Both the position numbers and the translations under genes were made by a program. Positions 18,027 to 27,354 of a stretch of DNA of 64,000 nt are shown here, one piece after another. Positions within the stretch are counted from its first letter, which is position 1, and every line of letters begins with the position of its first letter. The notes under the pieces are model-generated. The model worked only from the letters and a program-made list of their open reading frames with translations, was not told where the DNA came from and did no database searches. The DNA lies in contig MHHG01000028.1 in NCBI GenBank assembly GCA_001805965.1, positions 9,193-73,192 on the forward strand, in the 5' to 3' direction. Source of the stretch: Omnitrophica WOR_2 bacterium RIFOXYA2_FULL_38_17 (GTDB lineage: Bacteria > Omnitrophota > Gorgyraeia > Zapsychrales > Zapsychraceae).

Positions 18027-19229
18027 ATGAAAGAATATTTAAGAACAAAGAAGATGAGGATTTTAAAGCCTAGCGGTAAGCCTATCATATTGAGAGGTGT
18101 GAATTTGGGCGGGTGGTTGATGATGGAGGGGTATATTCTTCATGCTCCAAATTTTCCGGAACAGCAGTTTAAGAAGAATTTTGTAAAGAAATTAGGCGCT
18201 AATAAATTAGCTTCATTTGAAAAAAGTTTTCGCGACAATTTTATTGCCGAAAAAGATATAAAGCAGATAGCCGGTAATGGATTTAATTGTGTTCGCGTTC
18301 CCTTCAATTATCAATTAGTCGAGTGCGCTCCATACAAGTATGACCAGAAGCAAGTTCAATATTTAGATAATGTGATCAAATGGTGCACAAAGAACAAGAT
18401 ATATGTCATTCTTGACCTTCATGCTGCCCCCGGCAGCCAGAATCATGACTGGCATTCAGATAGTTTCGGCCACGCAAAACTATGGACGAACAAGGCAAAT
18501 CAGAACAGAACGATAGCTATATGGGAGTTTATAGCAGCAAGATATAAAGACGAGAAATATGTTGCGGGCTATGATCTGCTGAACGAATCAGTAATCAAGA
18601 GCACAAAGCTTTTAAATGAATTTTATAAACAGCTGATCAAGCATATCAGGAATATTGATAAAAATCATATTCTTTTTATTGAAGGTAATAATTGGGCGAC
18701 AGATATAGAGTGTCTGGAAAGATTTGATGATGATAATTATGTGTTAAGTATCCATAGTTATCATCCTATTGATTTTACATTTAATTTGGTCCCGCATCTT
18801 TGTTATCCTTCAAAAGTGGATCATCTTCAATATAACAAAAAAAATCTCAAGGAGCATTTATCGCAGTATAAAAGAATTGCTCAGAAGCATTGTGTGCCTG
18901 TTCTTCTTGGAGAGTTTGGGGTCAATGCGCGCGACGGTCTTTTTGGGGAAGATAAGTGGCTAGAAGATATGCTGGCTATATGCAAAGAGCTTGGCTTTAG
19001 CTGGACTTATTGGACATACAAGGCAATAAAGAATAGCGCTTTTCCGGACGGCGTTTATAGCTATTATGATAATCCGCCATGGGTAAACAGGCTGGGGCCT
19101 GTTACAGGATGGGATACGTATAAGAATCATTGGGTCAAAAAGAAAAATGAAATGACCCGTTCATGGCAAACAGAGAATTATAAAAGTAATCCTTCAGTCT
19201 TGAAAGTGCTTAAGAAATATGCAAAGTAA
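18027..19229 (+). CDS. Glycoside hydrolase family 5
   Basis: RGVNLGGWL, RVPF, LDLHAAPG, acid/base NE(S), H-x-Y, nucleophile LGEFG, WTYW; no signal peptide. Confidence 0.9.
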   Translation: MKEYLRTKKMRILKPSGKPIILRGVNLGGWLMMEGYILHAPNFPEQQFKKNFVKKLGANKLASFEKSFRDNFIAEKDIKQIAGNGFNCVRVPFNYQLVECAPYKYDQKQVQYLDNVIKWCTKNKIYVILDLHAAPGSQNHDWHSDSFGHAKLWTNKANQNRTIAIWEFIAARYKDEKYVAGYDLLNESVIKSTKLLNEFYKQLIKHIRNIDKNHILFIEGNNWATDIECLERFDDDNYVLSIHSYHPIDFTFNLVPHLCYPSKVDHLQYNKKNLKEHLSQYKRIAQKHCVPVLLGEFGVNARDGLFGEDKWLEDMLAICKELGFSWTYWTYKAIKNSAFPDGVYSYYDNPPWVNRLGPVTGWDTYKNHWVKKKNEMTRSWQTENYKSNPSVLKVLKKYAK

Positions 19230-20034
19230 GATTGTCAGCATGTCAAATTCACGAATAAAGAAGATTGTTCAATTGCGTGATAGAAAAACGAGGCAGGAAC
19301 TTGGATTGACTATCATTGAAGGGGTTCGTGAAGTAGAACGTGCGATTGATTCTAAGGTGGATATAAAAGAAATATACTGTTGTTCTGACTTGCTTGAAAA
19401 AATGGGGTCTTTGGCCCTAAATAAGAAGCTTAAGGCGTTAGAAGTTCCAAGATTTGAATTAAGCAGTGCAGTGTTTTTAAAGGCTTCTTATGGAGACAGA
19501 AGTGAGGGCGTTATTGCATTGATGTCGATACCTGAGGCTTCATTGAAAAATATAAGGGTTAAAAACAAAAATAACCCGATTGTAGTTGTCGTTGAATCTG
19601 TCGAGAAGCCGGGAAATCTTGGAGCGATATTAAGGACATGTGATGGCGCAGGAGTTGACGGTGTTATTGTTTGTGATGAAAGAACGGATATTTATAATCC
19701 AAATGTAATAAGAGCGAGCTTGGGGACTATTTTTTCTGTGCAGGTTGGTGTTGGCTCTAATGGGCATGTTCTTGATTATCTAAGGGATAATAAAATTAGA
19801 ATTTGTGTAACCACTCCTTCAGCAAAAATGGTATACACTGACGCAGAACTTAACAGGCCGTTAGCAATAATCATGGGTTCTGAGCAGAAGGGATTAAGCC
19901 CATTTTGGTTAAATAATGCCGACATGCAAGTTAATATTCCTATGAACGGTATTGCAGATTCTTTGAACGTATCAGTATCAACAGCAGTTGTTGTTTATGA
20001 GGCATTAAGGCAAAGAAAGAAAGGTGATAAATGA
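19219..20034 (+). CDS. TrmH/SpoU family RNA methyltransferase (TsnR/AviRb-like N-terminus)
   Basis: IEGVRE, EKPGNLGAILRT, GSEQKGL, DSLNVS. Confidence 0.9.
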   Translation: MQSKIVSMSNSRIKKIVQLRDRKTRQELGLTIIEGVREVERAIDSKVDIKEIYCCSDLLEKMGSLALNKKLKALEVPRFELSSAVFLKASYGDRSEGVIALMSIPEASLKNIRVKNKNNPIVVVVESVEKPGNLGAILRTCDGAGVDGVIVCDERTDIYNPNVIRASLGTIFSVQVGVGSNGHVLDYLRDNKIRICVTTPSAKMVYTDAELNRPLAIIMGSEQKGLSPFWLNNADMQVNIPMNGIADSLNVSVSTAVVVYEALRQRKKGDK

Positions 20035-20747
20035 GGCTGCAGGTATTTTTATCTAGAAATGGTGTTTCTTCAAGAAGAGACGCTTTGGAACTGATTAAAA
20101 AGGGGAACGTATCCTTAAATGGTAAAGTTGTATTTGAGCCTTCAACGGAAGTTGATGAAAAGTGCTTAGGTGTTTCTGTTAATGGTGAAAAGATCAAGCC
20201 AAGGAAATTCTTGTACATTCTTATGAACAAGCCCAAAGGATTTACTACAACGAAAGAAGATCGCTTTGCCGACAAGCTGGTCTTTGATCTTCTTCCAAAA
20301 AATCTACACCATTTAGCTCCTGTAGGCAGGCTCGACAAAGATACTGAAGGTTTGTTGCTGTTAACAAATGATGGCGATGTTGCGTATAAATTAACTCATC
20401 CTAAGTTTAATGTAGATAAAATTTATTATGTGGTATTGAGAGAGAGGATTGACCAGGAAAAACGTTTAAAGGTTGAGAGGGGTGTTTATATAGATGGTGT
20501 AAAGACGCTTCCTGCAAAAATAAAGATCATTAAATCGCTCAAGGACAGGACAGAGCTAAGTATTACAGTTCACGAGGGCAAGAAAAGACAGATCAGAAGG
20601 ATGTTCGCTAATGTGAAAACGAAGGTTCTTTATTTAAAGCGGCTGACGCAAGGGCCTTTGAAGCTTGGGAGCCTTAAGGTTGGCTGTGCTAGGGAGTTAA
20701 ATGCTCAGGAGATCAATAGTATTAGAATGATAGGAGAGGATGTTTAG
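20031..20747 (+). CDS. RsuA/RluB family pseudouridine synthase
   Basis: S4 domain MRLQVFL...SRR, NKPKG, GRLDKDTEGLLL, EGKKRQIRRM. Confidence 0.92.
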   Translation: MRLQVFLSRNGVSSRRDALELIKKGNVSLNGKVVFEPSTEVDEKCLGVSVNGEKIKPRKFLYILMNKPKGFTTTKEDRFADKLVFDLLPKNLHHLAPVGRLDKDTEGLLLLTNDGDVAYKLTHPKFNVDKIYYVVLRERIDQEKRLKVERGVYIDGVKTLPAKIKIIKSLKDRTELSITVHEGKKRQIRRMFANVKTKVLYLKRLTQGPLKLGSLKVGCARELNAQEINSIRMIGEDV

Positions 20748-20771
20748 TTTTTTTTATTAAGCAAAACTATT

Positions 20772-22727
20772 ATGATAAATATCGATAATATAACAATGGG
20801 ATTTACCCAAAGAACGCTTTTTAAAGACGTTGCTTTCAGTATATTCCCTGATGAAAAGATCGGCTTGGCTGGCCCGAACGGTTCAGGGAAAACGACGTTG
20901 TTCTCAATAATACTTGGTGAAACTGAACCAGTCGCAGGCAACGTCCAGGTCCAGAAGAATTTGAATATAGGATATCTTCCTCAAGAAGCAAAGTTCAGCT
21001 CAAAAAGAACAATAATGGAAGAGCTTACTTCCGGAGATGATAGGATCAGGGCGCTTTTACAGGAAAGAAGAAAGCTTGAGGATCTTCACAAGGCGGATAC
21101 TGATAGATATGGCGATGTTCTTCATGAACTTGAACAATTGGGCGTTTATGAGATCGAGCATAAAGCGGAAAAGATATTAACCGGCCTTGGCTTTAAGCAG
21201 GAAACGTTTCACAAGCCTATTATCGAATTAAGCGGCGGCTGGCAGATGCGGACTTTGTTGGCAAAACTTCTAACGTATCAATACGACCTCTTATTGCTTG
21301 ACGAGCCTACCAACTATTTGGACCTGGAAGCGACTTTGTGGCTAAAAGAATATCTTTCGAGCTATCGGGGGGCATTTATGTTGATATCCCACGACAGAGA
21401 GTTCCTTAATGATGTTACTAATTATACGATCATGCTAGAGGGGGCTCAGGCTGTAAAAGTAAAGGGTAACTATGAAGCTTATCAGCAACAAAAGGAGCTT
21501 AATCAAAAGAGCTTGGAAAAACGCCAAAAAGTCGTCGAGAAGAAGCGACAGCAGTTGGAGCAATTTGCCCAAAGGTTCCATGCGCAGCCGAACAGGGCTG
21601 CTGCAGTAAAGAATAAAAGAAAGATGATCGATAAGCTTGAAGTTATTGAATTATCGCATGAAAAGACCAGCATCGGAGAATTTGAATTTTCTGATATACC
21701 GTCAAGCGGATATGTTGTCGCAAACGCAGAAAAAGTTTCAAAAGCATATGGGGATAAGCAAGTTTACAAAGATCTGGATTTTGAGATTATTAAAGGTCAA
21801 AAAGTCTGCTTGATCGGGCCAAACGGTTCTGGTAAGTCCACCTTATTGAAAATGCTCGCAGGGACGATCAAGAATGATTCCGGAGAGATCAAGTACGGGC
21901 ATAATGTAGAGACCGGATATTTTTCCCAGACAAGGACGGATGTCTTGAACCCAGAAAGAACCGCTTTTGATGAAGTTGTGTCAGCAGCCTCACAGGGAAT
22001 ACCTTCTCTTAAGGTAAGGAATCTTTTGGGGCTGTTCAATTTTCACGGCGATGATGTCTTTAAGCCGGTTAAAGTCTTATCCGGAGGGGAAAAAAGCAGG
22101 CTGATATTAGCAAAGCTGCTTATTAATCCTCCTAATTTTATGTGTTTGGATGAGCCGACGACCCATCTTGATCTTGACGGGATCAATGCTTTAACGAAGG
22201 CTTTCAAGAAATATTCCGGGACAATGTGCTTTATTAGTCACGATCTTTTTTTTATCAGAGAGGTTGCAGATTGTATCGTCGATGTAAGAGACGGAGAATT
22301 GAAAATATATTTGGGGGGCCTGCAGTATTATTTGGATAAGAAAGATGAAAAAGAAGCTTTTTTAAAAGGCGAGAAGCGTGCAGCCAAGAAGTCCGGTTCC
22401 GGTGAGGGTAAAAGGGAAAAGACCTCAGAGGAGTTCGAAAGAGAACAGGAGAAGTCGCACCTTGCAGAATTACGAAGGCAACATAATCAGGCAAAAAACA
22501 GATTGTCCCAAATAAAGAATGAAATAAAGAATTTAAGGCTGGAAGAGAAAGACCTCGAGACAGAAAGCTATGTAAAATCGCGCCATCTTTCACAGCAATT
22601 CGATAAGAGGGATAATCAAACATTAATAGATTATGGAAGGCGGCTTAAGGAAATCCAGACACGGTTAAGAGAGATAGAAAGCACTATAAAGAAACTTGAA
22701 GAAGAGAGGGACAGAATAACAAAGTAG
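20772..22727 (+). CDS. ABC-F family ribosome-associated ATPase with C-terminal coiled coil
   Basis: Two ABC cassettes (GPNGSGKTT/LSGGW/DEPTNYLD and GPNGSGKST/LSGGE/DEPTTHLD), helical linker, no TM. Confidence 0.93.
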   Translation: MINIDNITMGFTQRTLFKDVAFSIFPDEKIGLAGPNGSGKTTLFSIILGETEPVAGNVQVQKNLNIGYLPQEAKFSSKRTIMEELTSGDDRIRALLQERRKLEDLHKADTDRYGDVLHELEQLGVYEIEHKAEKILTGLGFKQETFHKPIIELSGGWQMRTLLAKLLTYQYDLLLLDEPTNYLDLEATLWLKEYLSSYRGAFMLISHDREFLNDVTNYTIMLEGAQAVKVKGNYEAYQQQKELNQKSLEKRQKVVEKKRQQLEQFAQRFHAQPNRAAAVKNKRKMIDKLEVIELSHEKTSIGEFEFSDIPSSGYVVANAEKVSKAYGDKQVYKDLDFEIIKGQKVCLIGPNGSGKSTLLKMLAGTIKNDSGEIKYGHNVETGYFSQTRTDVLNPERTAFDEVVSAASQGIPSLKVRNLLGLFNFHGDDVFKPVKVLSGGEKSRLILAKLLINPPNFMCLDEPTTHLDLDGINALTKAFKKYSGTMCFISHDLFFIREVADCIVDVRDGELKIYLGGLQYYLDKKDEKEAFLKGEKRAAKKSGSGEGKREKTSEEFEREQEKSHLAELRRQHNQAKNRLSQIKNEIKNLRLEEKDLETESYVKSRHLSQQFDKRDNQTLIDYGRRLKEIQTRLREIESTIKKLEEERDRITK

Positions 22728-22733
22728 AGGAAT

Positions 22734-22982
22734 ATGAACCTGAAATTGGATTTGCATGATATTTATTCTGAAGGAAAGCAGTTGGAAAAGGCACTTGTTG
22801 ATATATTGAGCCAAGCTGAGAGCAAAAAAGCAAAAATGGTCGAGATCATTCCGGGGAAAGGAAGCGGCCAGCTGAAGAAATATGTCCTTCGTTTTCTCGA
22901 GAAGAATTACAAGGGGAAATATCACAGGATTGAAAAAGACGATAAGAACTGGGGAAGGATATTTGTTCATTATCGCTGGTAA
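22734..22982 (+). CDS. Stand-alone Smr domain protein
   Basis: LDLH and IIPGKGSG motifs; 82 aa; starts 6 nt after the ABC-F stop. Confidence 0.85.
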   Translation: MNLKLDLHDIYSEGKQLEKALVDILSQAESKKAKMVEIIPGKGSGQLKKYVLRFLEKNYKGKYHRIEKDDKNWGRIFVHYRW

Positions 22983-23000
22983 AAAAATAGGGACAAGAAC

Positions 23001-23384
23001 ATGAGAAAAACATTTATAGCGATTCTTTGTTTGTTTATTTTTAGTGGGTGCTCTAAGGCAAAGTATATTAATGAGCTTTTAACCTTAAAAAGAATTGGCG
23101 ATGAGCAGGTTGCCATGGCAGATATTGTTGCCGAGCAGGACAGTAAATTTAATATGCTTCTAAAAAAGGTCACAGAAGGTAAGATCTCGGAATATAAAAC
23201 AAAGGATAGCTTATTAGATGCTTTTGGCAAGCCTATTTTTGTTAAGAAAGTAAGCCGCAACGACAGTATTCAGGAAAAATGGCTTTACCGTTATTCGACC
23301 CAGTTTTTTGGCTCGTCAAAAGTTGTTTTTTATTTAGATGATGCGGGTAATGTTGAAGATTGGGAATATATTGAACCAAAATAA
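23001..23384 (+). CDS. Lipoprotein with SmpA/OmlA(BamE)-like C-terminal fold
   Basis: Lipobox FSGC; FGKP...EKWLY pattern. Confidence 0.65.
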   Translation: MRKTFIAILCLFIFSGCSKAKYINELLTLKRIGDEQVAMADIVAEQDSKFNMLLKKVTEGKISEYKTKDSLLDAFGKPIFVKKVSRNDSIQEKWLYRYSTQFFGSSKVVFYLDDAGNVEDWEYIEPK

Positions 23385-23406
23385 GCAGTTATCCGGGAGG
23401 GACATT

Positions 23407-23697
23407 ATGTCAAAGATAAAGATCGAGAAATTAAATGACCTGCAGAAAAAGGAACTGGGCATTCCTGAAAAACTTTCTAGCAATCGCACCTGGTCAGTCT
23501 GGGAATGTGAGCCATCTGTTTTTGATTGGCATTATGACGAAACAGAGAATGCATATGTTTTTGAAGGCAATGTTAAAGTGAGAACTAAGGATGGGGAAGT
23601 TGTGATAAAGTCTGGTGATTATGTGACCTTTCCGGCAGGATTGGACTGCACATGGAAAATTTCAGAAAAGATCCGGAAAGTTTACAGGTTTATTTAG
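23407..23697 (+). CDS. Cupin domain protein (Cupin_3/DUF861-like)
   Basis: WECEPSVFDWHYDETE, GDYVTFPAG, CTW; ATG 23407 after GGGAGG. Confidence 0.85.
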   Translation: MSKIKIEKLNDLQKKELGIPEKLSSNRTWSVWECEPSVFDWHYDETENAYVFEGNVKVRTKDGEVVIKSGDYVTFPAGLDCTWKISEKIRKVYRFI

Positions 23698-23746
23698 ATT
23701 CATTTAGGTGCAATTATTGTAAAAAATTCAATAATGGAGGCGCTAA

Positions 23747-23887
23747 ATGGGAAAGTCAGGAAAAAAACCAAGGCAGAAATTAAATGCAAAGAGTTTTGAT
23801 GAAGGCGGCGGAGGCAGTGCTCCAAAGAAAAAAGAACGCGACTGGGATTTTGATGATATAGCACGCTCTAAAACACGCCGGCGATAA
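23747..23887 (+). CDS. Small basic 46-aa protein (not in the ORF track)
   Basis: GGAGG SD 6 nt before ATG; MGKSGKKPRQKLNAKSFDEGGGGSAPKKKERDWDFDDIARSKTRRR; stops 6 nt before the next gene. Confidence 0.65.
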   Translation: MGKSGKKPRQKLNAKSFDEGGGGSAPKKKERDWDFDDIARSKTRRR

Positions 23888-23893
23888 TTTGTA

Positions 23894-24550
23894 ATGAATA
23901 GCAAGCTAAGAAGAGTTCTGGGCCAGGCATACAAAAAGCTATTTGATGCTTATGGCAAGCAATATTGGTGGCCGGCAAAGACAAAGTTTGAAGTGATCGT
24001 TGGGGCGATATTAACCCAGAATACAAATTGGGTAAATGTGGAAAAGGCTTTGAACAATATTAGGAAAGAGGGCCTGCTGAATTTCAAGGCCATTGAGAGC
24101 ATATCAATAGAAAAATTGGCTTTATTGATAAAGCCTGCAGGTTATTACAATATAAAAGCAAAAAGGCTTAAGAATTTTATTGGATTTTTCTCTGGGGAAT
24201 ATCAGGGAAGCTTAAAGAAAATGGGTTGTGAAAAACCCGATATCCTGAGAGAGAAATTGTTAAGAGTAAACGGCATAGGCCCGGAAACAGCTGATTCAAT
24301 TTTGCTTTATGCGGTAGGTGTCCCCGTATTTGTTGTTGATGCTTATACTAAAAGGATCTTTTCGCGGCATGGCCTTGTTGACGAGGAAGATGATTACCCT
24401 GCAATCCAAAAGTTATTTACGGATAATCTAGAGCCAAACGAGAAAATCTTTAATGAGTATCATGCGTTGATCGTAAAGCTGGCAAAGGAACATTGCAGGG
24501 TAAAGCCTCAATGCGAAGAATGTCCTTTGATAGGATTGAATAGCTTTTAA
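23894..24550 (+). CDS. HhH-GPD DNA glycosylase (endonuclease III-related, MJ1434/family-6 UDG-like)
   Basis: GAILTQNTNW, GIGPETADSILLYA, VVDAYTKR, C-terminal Cys cluster. Confidence 0.85.
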   Translation: MNSKLRRVLGQAYKKLFDAYGKQYWWPAKTKFEVIVGAILTQNTNWVNVEKALNNIRKEGLLNFKAIESISIEKLALLIKPAGYYNIKAKRLKNFIGFFSGEYQGSLKKMGCEKPDILREKLLRVNGIGPETADSILLYAVGVPVFVVDAYTKRIFSRHGLVDEEDDYPAIQKLFTDNLEPNEKIFNEYHALIVKLAKEHCRVKPQCEECPLIGLNSF

Positions 24551-24599
24551 AATGTATTTAGTTTATTAAAAAACAGTGTTTTAGGATAGGGTGCATTAT

Positions 24600-25712
24600 A
24601 TGAATATGACGATTGTCTCAATTACCTTAGGAGTGGTTTTTATTGGGTTTATGTTTGCCGCTTTTATGGCAATGCTGGGTTTTTTACGAAAGCAAATAAG
24701 GGATGAAATAAGCGTGAGCCAGGATCAATTTCTGAAGCTGGCGCGTCAGCAGTTTGAAATTGAACAAGGCAATGCTATCAAGGAATTTGAGATCAGAAAA
24801 GAGGCTGTTGAGGGTTCGGTTAAGGGTTTGAAGGAACAATTAGACAAGTATTCGCAATTGGTCAGGGAATTTGAAAATGATAGAACTCAAAAATATGGCA
24901 GCCTTGAAAATGAACTTAAAAATGCGGCGCTTGCAACAAATGAACTAAAGAATACCACGAACCGGCTGAATGATGTTTTGGGGAATGTTAAATTGCGAGG
25001 CCAGTGGGGCGAAAGAATGGCGGAAGATATTATTATTAACTTGGGCTTTATTGAGGGCATTAATTACAAGAAGCAAAAACAGTTAGGCGCAAGCGTTACA
25101 AAGCCGGATTATACATTCCTGCTTCCTGATGAACATATTGTGAACATGGATGTAAAGTTCCCGCTTGATAATTATTTGAAAATGGTTAATTCGGAGAATG
25201 CTTCGGAAAAAGAAAGCTATAAGAAAGAATTCCTTAAGAATGTCAACGAAAGGATAAAGGAGATACAGGGCAGGGACTATATTGATCCGGGCTCAAATAC
25301 TTTGGACTTTGTGCTTCTTTTTATCCCGAATGAACAGGTTTATGGAATAATACAGGAAATGGCCCCTGACCTGATGGACAGTTCGCTCAAGAAAAAAGTG
25401 GTTTTGTGCTCACCGTTTACGCTTTATGCAATGCTAAGCGTTATTAGGCAGGCTTATGAGAATTTTAAGTTTGAGAAGAATTTGAAGAAAATTATCAAGG
25501 ACATTGAATTGTTTGCTAAGTATTATGACAGTTTTAAGGTTGGCTTTGAGAAGGTCGGAAAGTCGATCGAGGATTCTATGGATAAATACAGGGAGGTAAG
25601 AAATAAAAATTTTGAAAGATTGGATGTGAAAATAAGGCACATTGAAGATTTTAAAAAAGGCAATAAGATGGAAGCCTTACAGATGGAAGATGGGTTAGAT
25701 GACGATAAGTAG
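24600..25712 (+). CDS. rmuC: DNA recombination protein RmuC
   Basis: N-terminal TM, coiled coil, RGQWGE, PD...DVKFP nuclease motif, LFIPNE, CSP. Confidence 0.92.
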   Translation: MNMTIVSITLGVVFIGFMFAAFMAMLGFLRKQIRDEISVSQDQFLKLARQQFEIEQGNAIKEFEIRKEAVEGSVKGLKEQLDKYSQLVREFENDRTQKYGSLENELKNAALATNELKNTTNRLNDVLGNVKLRGQWGERMAEDIIINLGFIEGINYKKQKQLGASVTKPDYTFLLPDEHIVNMDVKFPLDNYLKMVNSENASEKESYKKEFLKNVNERIKEIQGRDYIDPGSNTLDFVLLFIPNEQVYGIIQEMAPDLMDSSLKKKVVLCSPFTLYAMLSVIRQAYENFKFEKNLKKIIKDIELFAKYYDSFKVGFEKVGKSIEDSMDKYREVRNKNFERLDVKIRHIEDFKKGNKMEALQMEDGLDDDK

Positions 25713-26448
25713 AGATTCAGATCCTTGCTTTCCGTCATGGATATTGGCGGATACTTTTGATAGAACGATAGACTTCTCTTTCCCTGAAGATGGCGGTGTT
25801 TTTAATGAAGAACAGAATTGTTTTTTGAGATCCTATATTGAGGAAAATAGCGATAACACGCTTGGAGTGTTCCAAACAATTAAACAAGTCCACGGTGATG
25901 AAATTGTTTTAATTAATAAGGATGTCTTTAAACGTGATGGAGCAAAGGGAAAAAACCAGGAATCTTTAAGGCGTGCTGATGGATTGATAACTGATAGTGC
26001 CGGCCTGCCGGTTGTAATTCGAACGGCGGATTGTGTTCCGGTTTTTATATTTGATAACAAGTTCAAGGTTATTGGTCTGGTGCATGCTGGTTGGCGGTCC
26101 ACGCAGTTGGGAATAGTCAAGAAGGCTGTAGTTTTGATATGCGATAATTGGAATAGCGAGCCGGATAATATAAATATAGTTTTTGGACCTGCGATAAGAA
26201 GATGCTGCTATGAAGTTGGCCCAGAGTTCAAGGAGAGATTTAATAGCAGCGTTACCGAAAGAGATGGCGGCTATTGGTTGGGCTTAGTTGAGGAGAATAT
26301 TCATCAGTTAGAAGGCTTGTTTGAGAAGGGAAAAAATTTAATTGATCGTGGGATTTGCACTTGTTGTGATAAAAGATATTTTTCATACAGAAGAGAAGGT
26401 GCCTTGGCCGGCAGGAATTTATCAGTTATGATGATCAAAGGGGAATGA
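25699..26448 (+). CDS. pgeF: PgeF/YfiH family (purine nucleoside phosphorylase/laccase-domain) protein
   Basis: QVHG, ADGL, TADCVP, HAGWR, GPAI...CYEVG, FSYRR. Confidence 0.88.
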   Translation: MTISRDSDPCFPSWILADTFDRTIDFSFPEDGGVFNEEQNCFLRSYIEENSDNTLGVFQTIKQVHGDEIVLINKDVFKRDGAKGKNQESLRRADGLITDSAGLPVVIRTADCVPVFIFDNKFKVIGLVHAGWRSTQLGIVKKAVVLICDNWNSEPDNINIVFGPAIRRCCYEVGPEFKERFNSSVTERDGGYWLGLVEENIHQLEGLFEKGKNLIDRGICTCCDKRYFSYRREGALAGRNLSVMMIKGE

Positions 26449-26449
26449 T

Positions 26450-26758
26450 ATGTATTGCGTTGTTCTTGTTACTTCAAAAGATCTTGATGAAGCATCTGCA
26501 ATAAGCAGAAAATTACTTGAACAAAAATTGATCGCTTGTTCTAATATTGTTAATGGTGTCAATTCGTTCTTTAGTTGGAAGGGTGACATTGTTAACGAAA
26601 AAGAAGTTTTGCTCGTTCTTAAAACAAAAGAAGAACATCTTAAAGTTTTAACAAGAGAAGTTAAGAGAATACACAGCTATGAGACTCCGGAGATTATTGC
26701 TTTGCCGATCATTTATGGCGACCAGGACTATTTGAAATGGATGGAAGAAGTTTTATAA
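26450..26758 (+). CDS. cutA: CutA divalent-cation tolerance protein
   Basis: LIACSN, WKG, HSYETPEII, YLKW. Confidence 0.93.
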   Translation: MYCVVLVTSKDLDEASAISRKLLEQKLIACSNIVNGVNSFFSWKGDIVNEKEVLLVLKTKEEHLKVLTREVKRIHSYETPEIIALPIIYGDQDYLKWMEEVL

Positions 26759-26813
26759 GAATAATAATGTACCTCAAAGAAAGAATATTTTAAAAGAAAA
26801 GGAAAGTGAGTAT

Positions 26814-27335
26814 ATGAAAACATTTATCAAGCTAAGCCTATCATTGATCATATTATTAGTAATGCTGTACCCTGCTTCTGCAAGCAGCCAGTTAGGATGG
26901 GGACAGGTTTCTTTAACAAACAAGACTGCTCCTGATTTTGAATTAACTACTCTGGATGGCTCAACGAAAAGTTTTAATAATTTCAGAGATGGGGATAATT
27001 CAATTATTTTTTTCTGGTCAACATGGTGTCCTCATTGCCGTTCTCAGCTAATGGCTTTGTTAAATATGAAAGAAGAGCTTGAAAGAAAAAATATAAAGGT
27101 TGTTCTGGTCAATGAAGGTGAAAAGATAACGGTTGTCAGTGCTTTTCTAGAAAAGAATAACATAGATTTTGAGGTATTTTTTGACACTGATGGGGCAATT
27201 GGCAGCAAATACCAGGTTGTTGGTATCCCAACTTTCTATTTTGTTGATTCGGCAGGTATAGTTAAGGCTTCGGAGCATTATATCCCGGAAAATTATGGAG
27301 CTTTTTTCGCGTCACGAAAGAAAAATAAAAAGTGA
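26814..27335 (+). CDS. Exported TlpA/ResA-type thiol-disulfide oxidoreductase
   Basis: Signal peptide, APDFEL, WSTWCPHC, GIPT cis-Pro loop. Confidence 0.88.
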   Translation: MKTFIKLSLSLIILLVMLYPASASSQLGWGQVSLTNKTAPDFELTTLDGSTKSFNNFRDGDNSIIFFWSTWCPHCRSQLMALLNMKEELERKNIKVVLVNEGEKITVVSAFLEKNNIDFEVFFDTDGAIGSKYQVVGIPTFYFVDSAGIVKASEHYIPENYGAFFASRKKNKK

Positions 27336-27354
27336 TAAAGCTTTAACCGGGATT

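Noticed and set aside
22986-22999. AATAGGGACAAG resembling the 42229 repeat
   Set aside because: Only a partial match with no second arm; better explained as the SD of the 23001 gene
23743-23934. 63-aa minus-strand ORF
   Set aside because: Antisense to the 46-aa + strand ORF that has a strong SD; overlaps the glycosylase start
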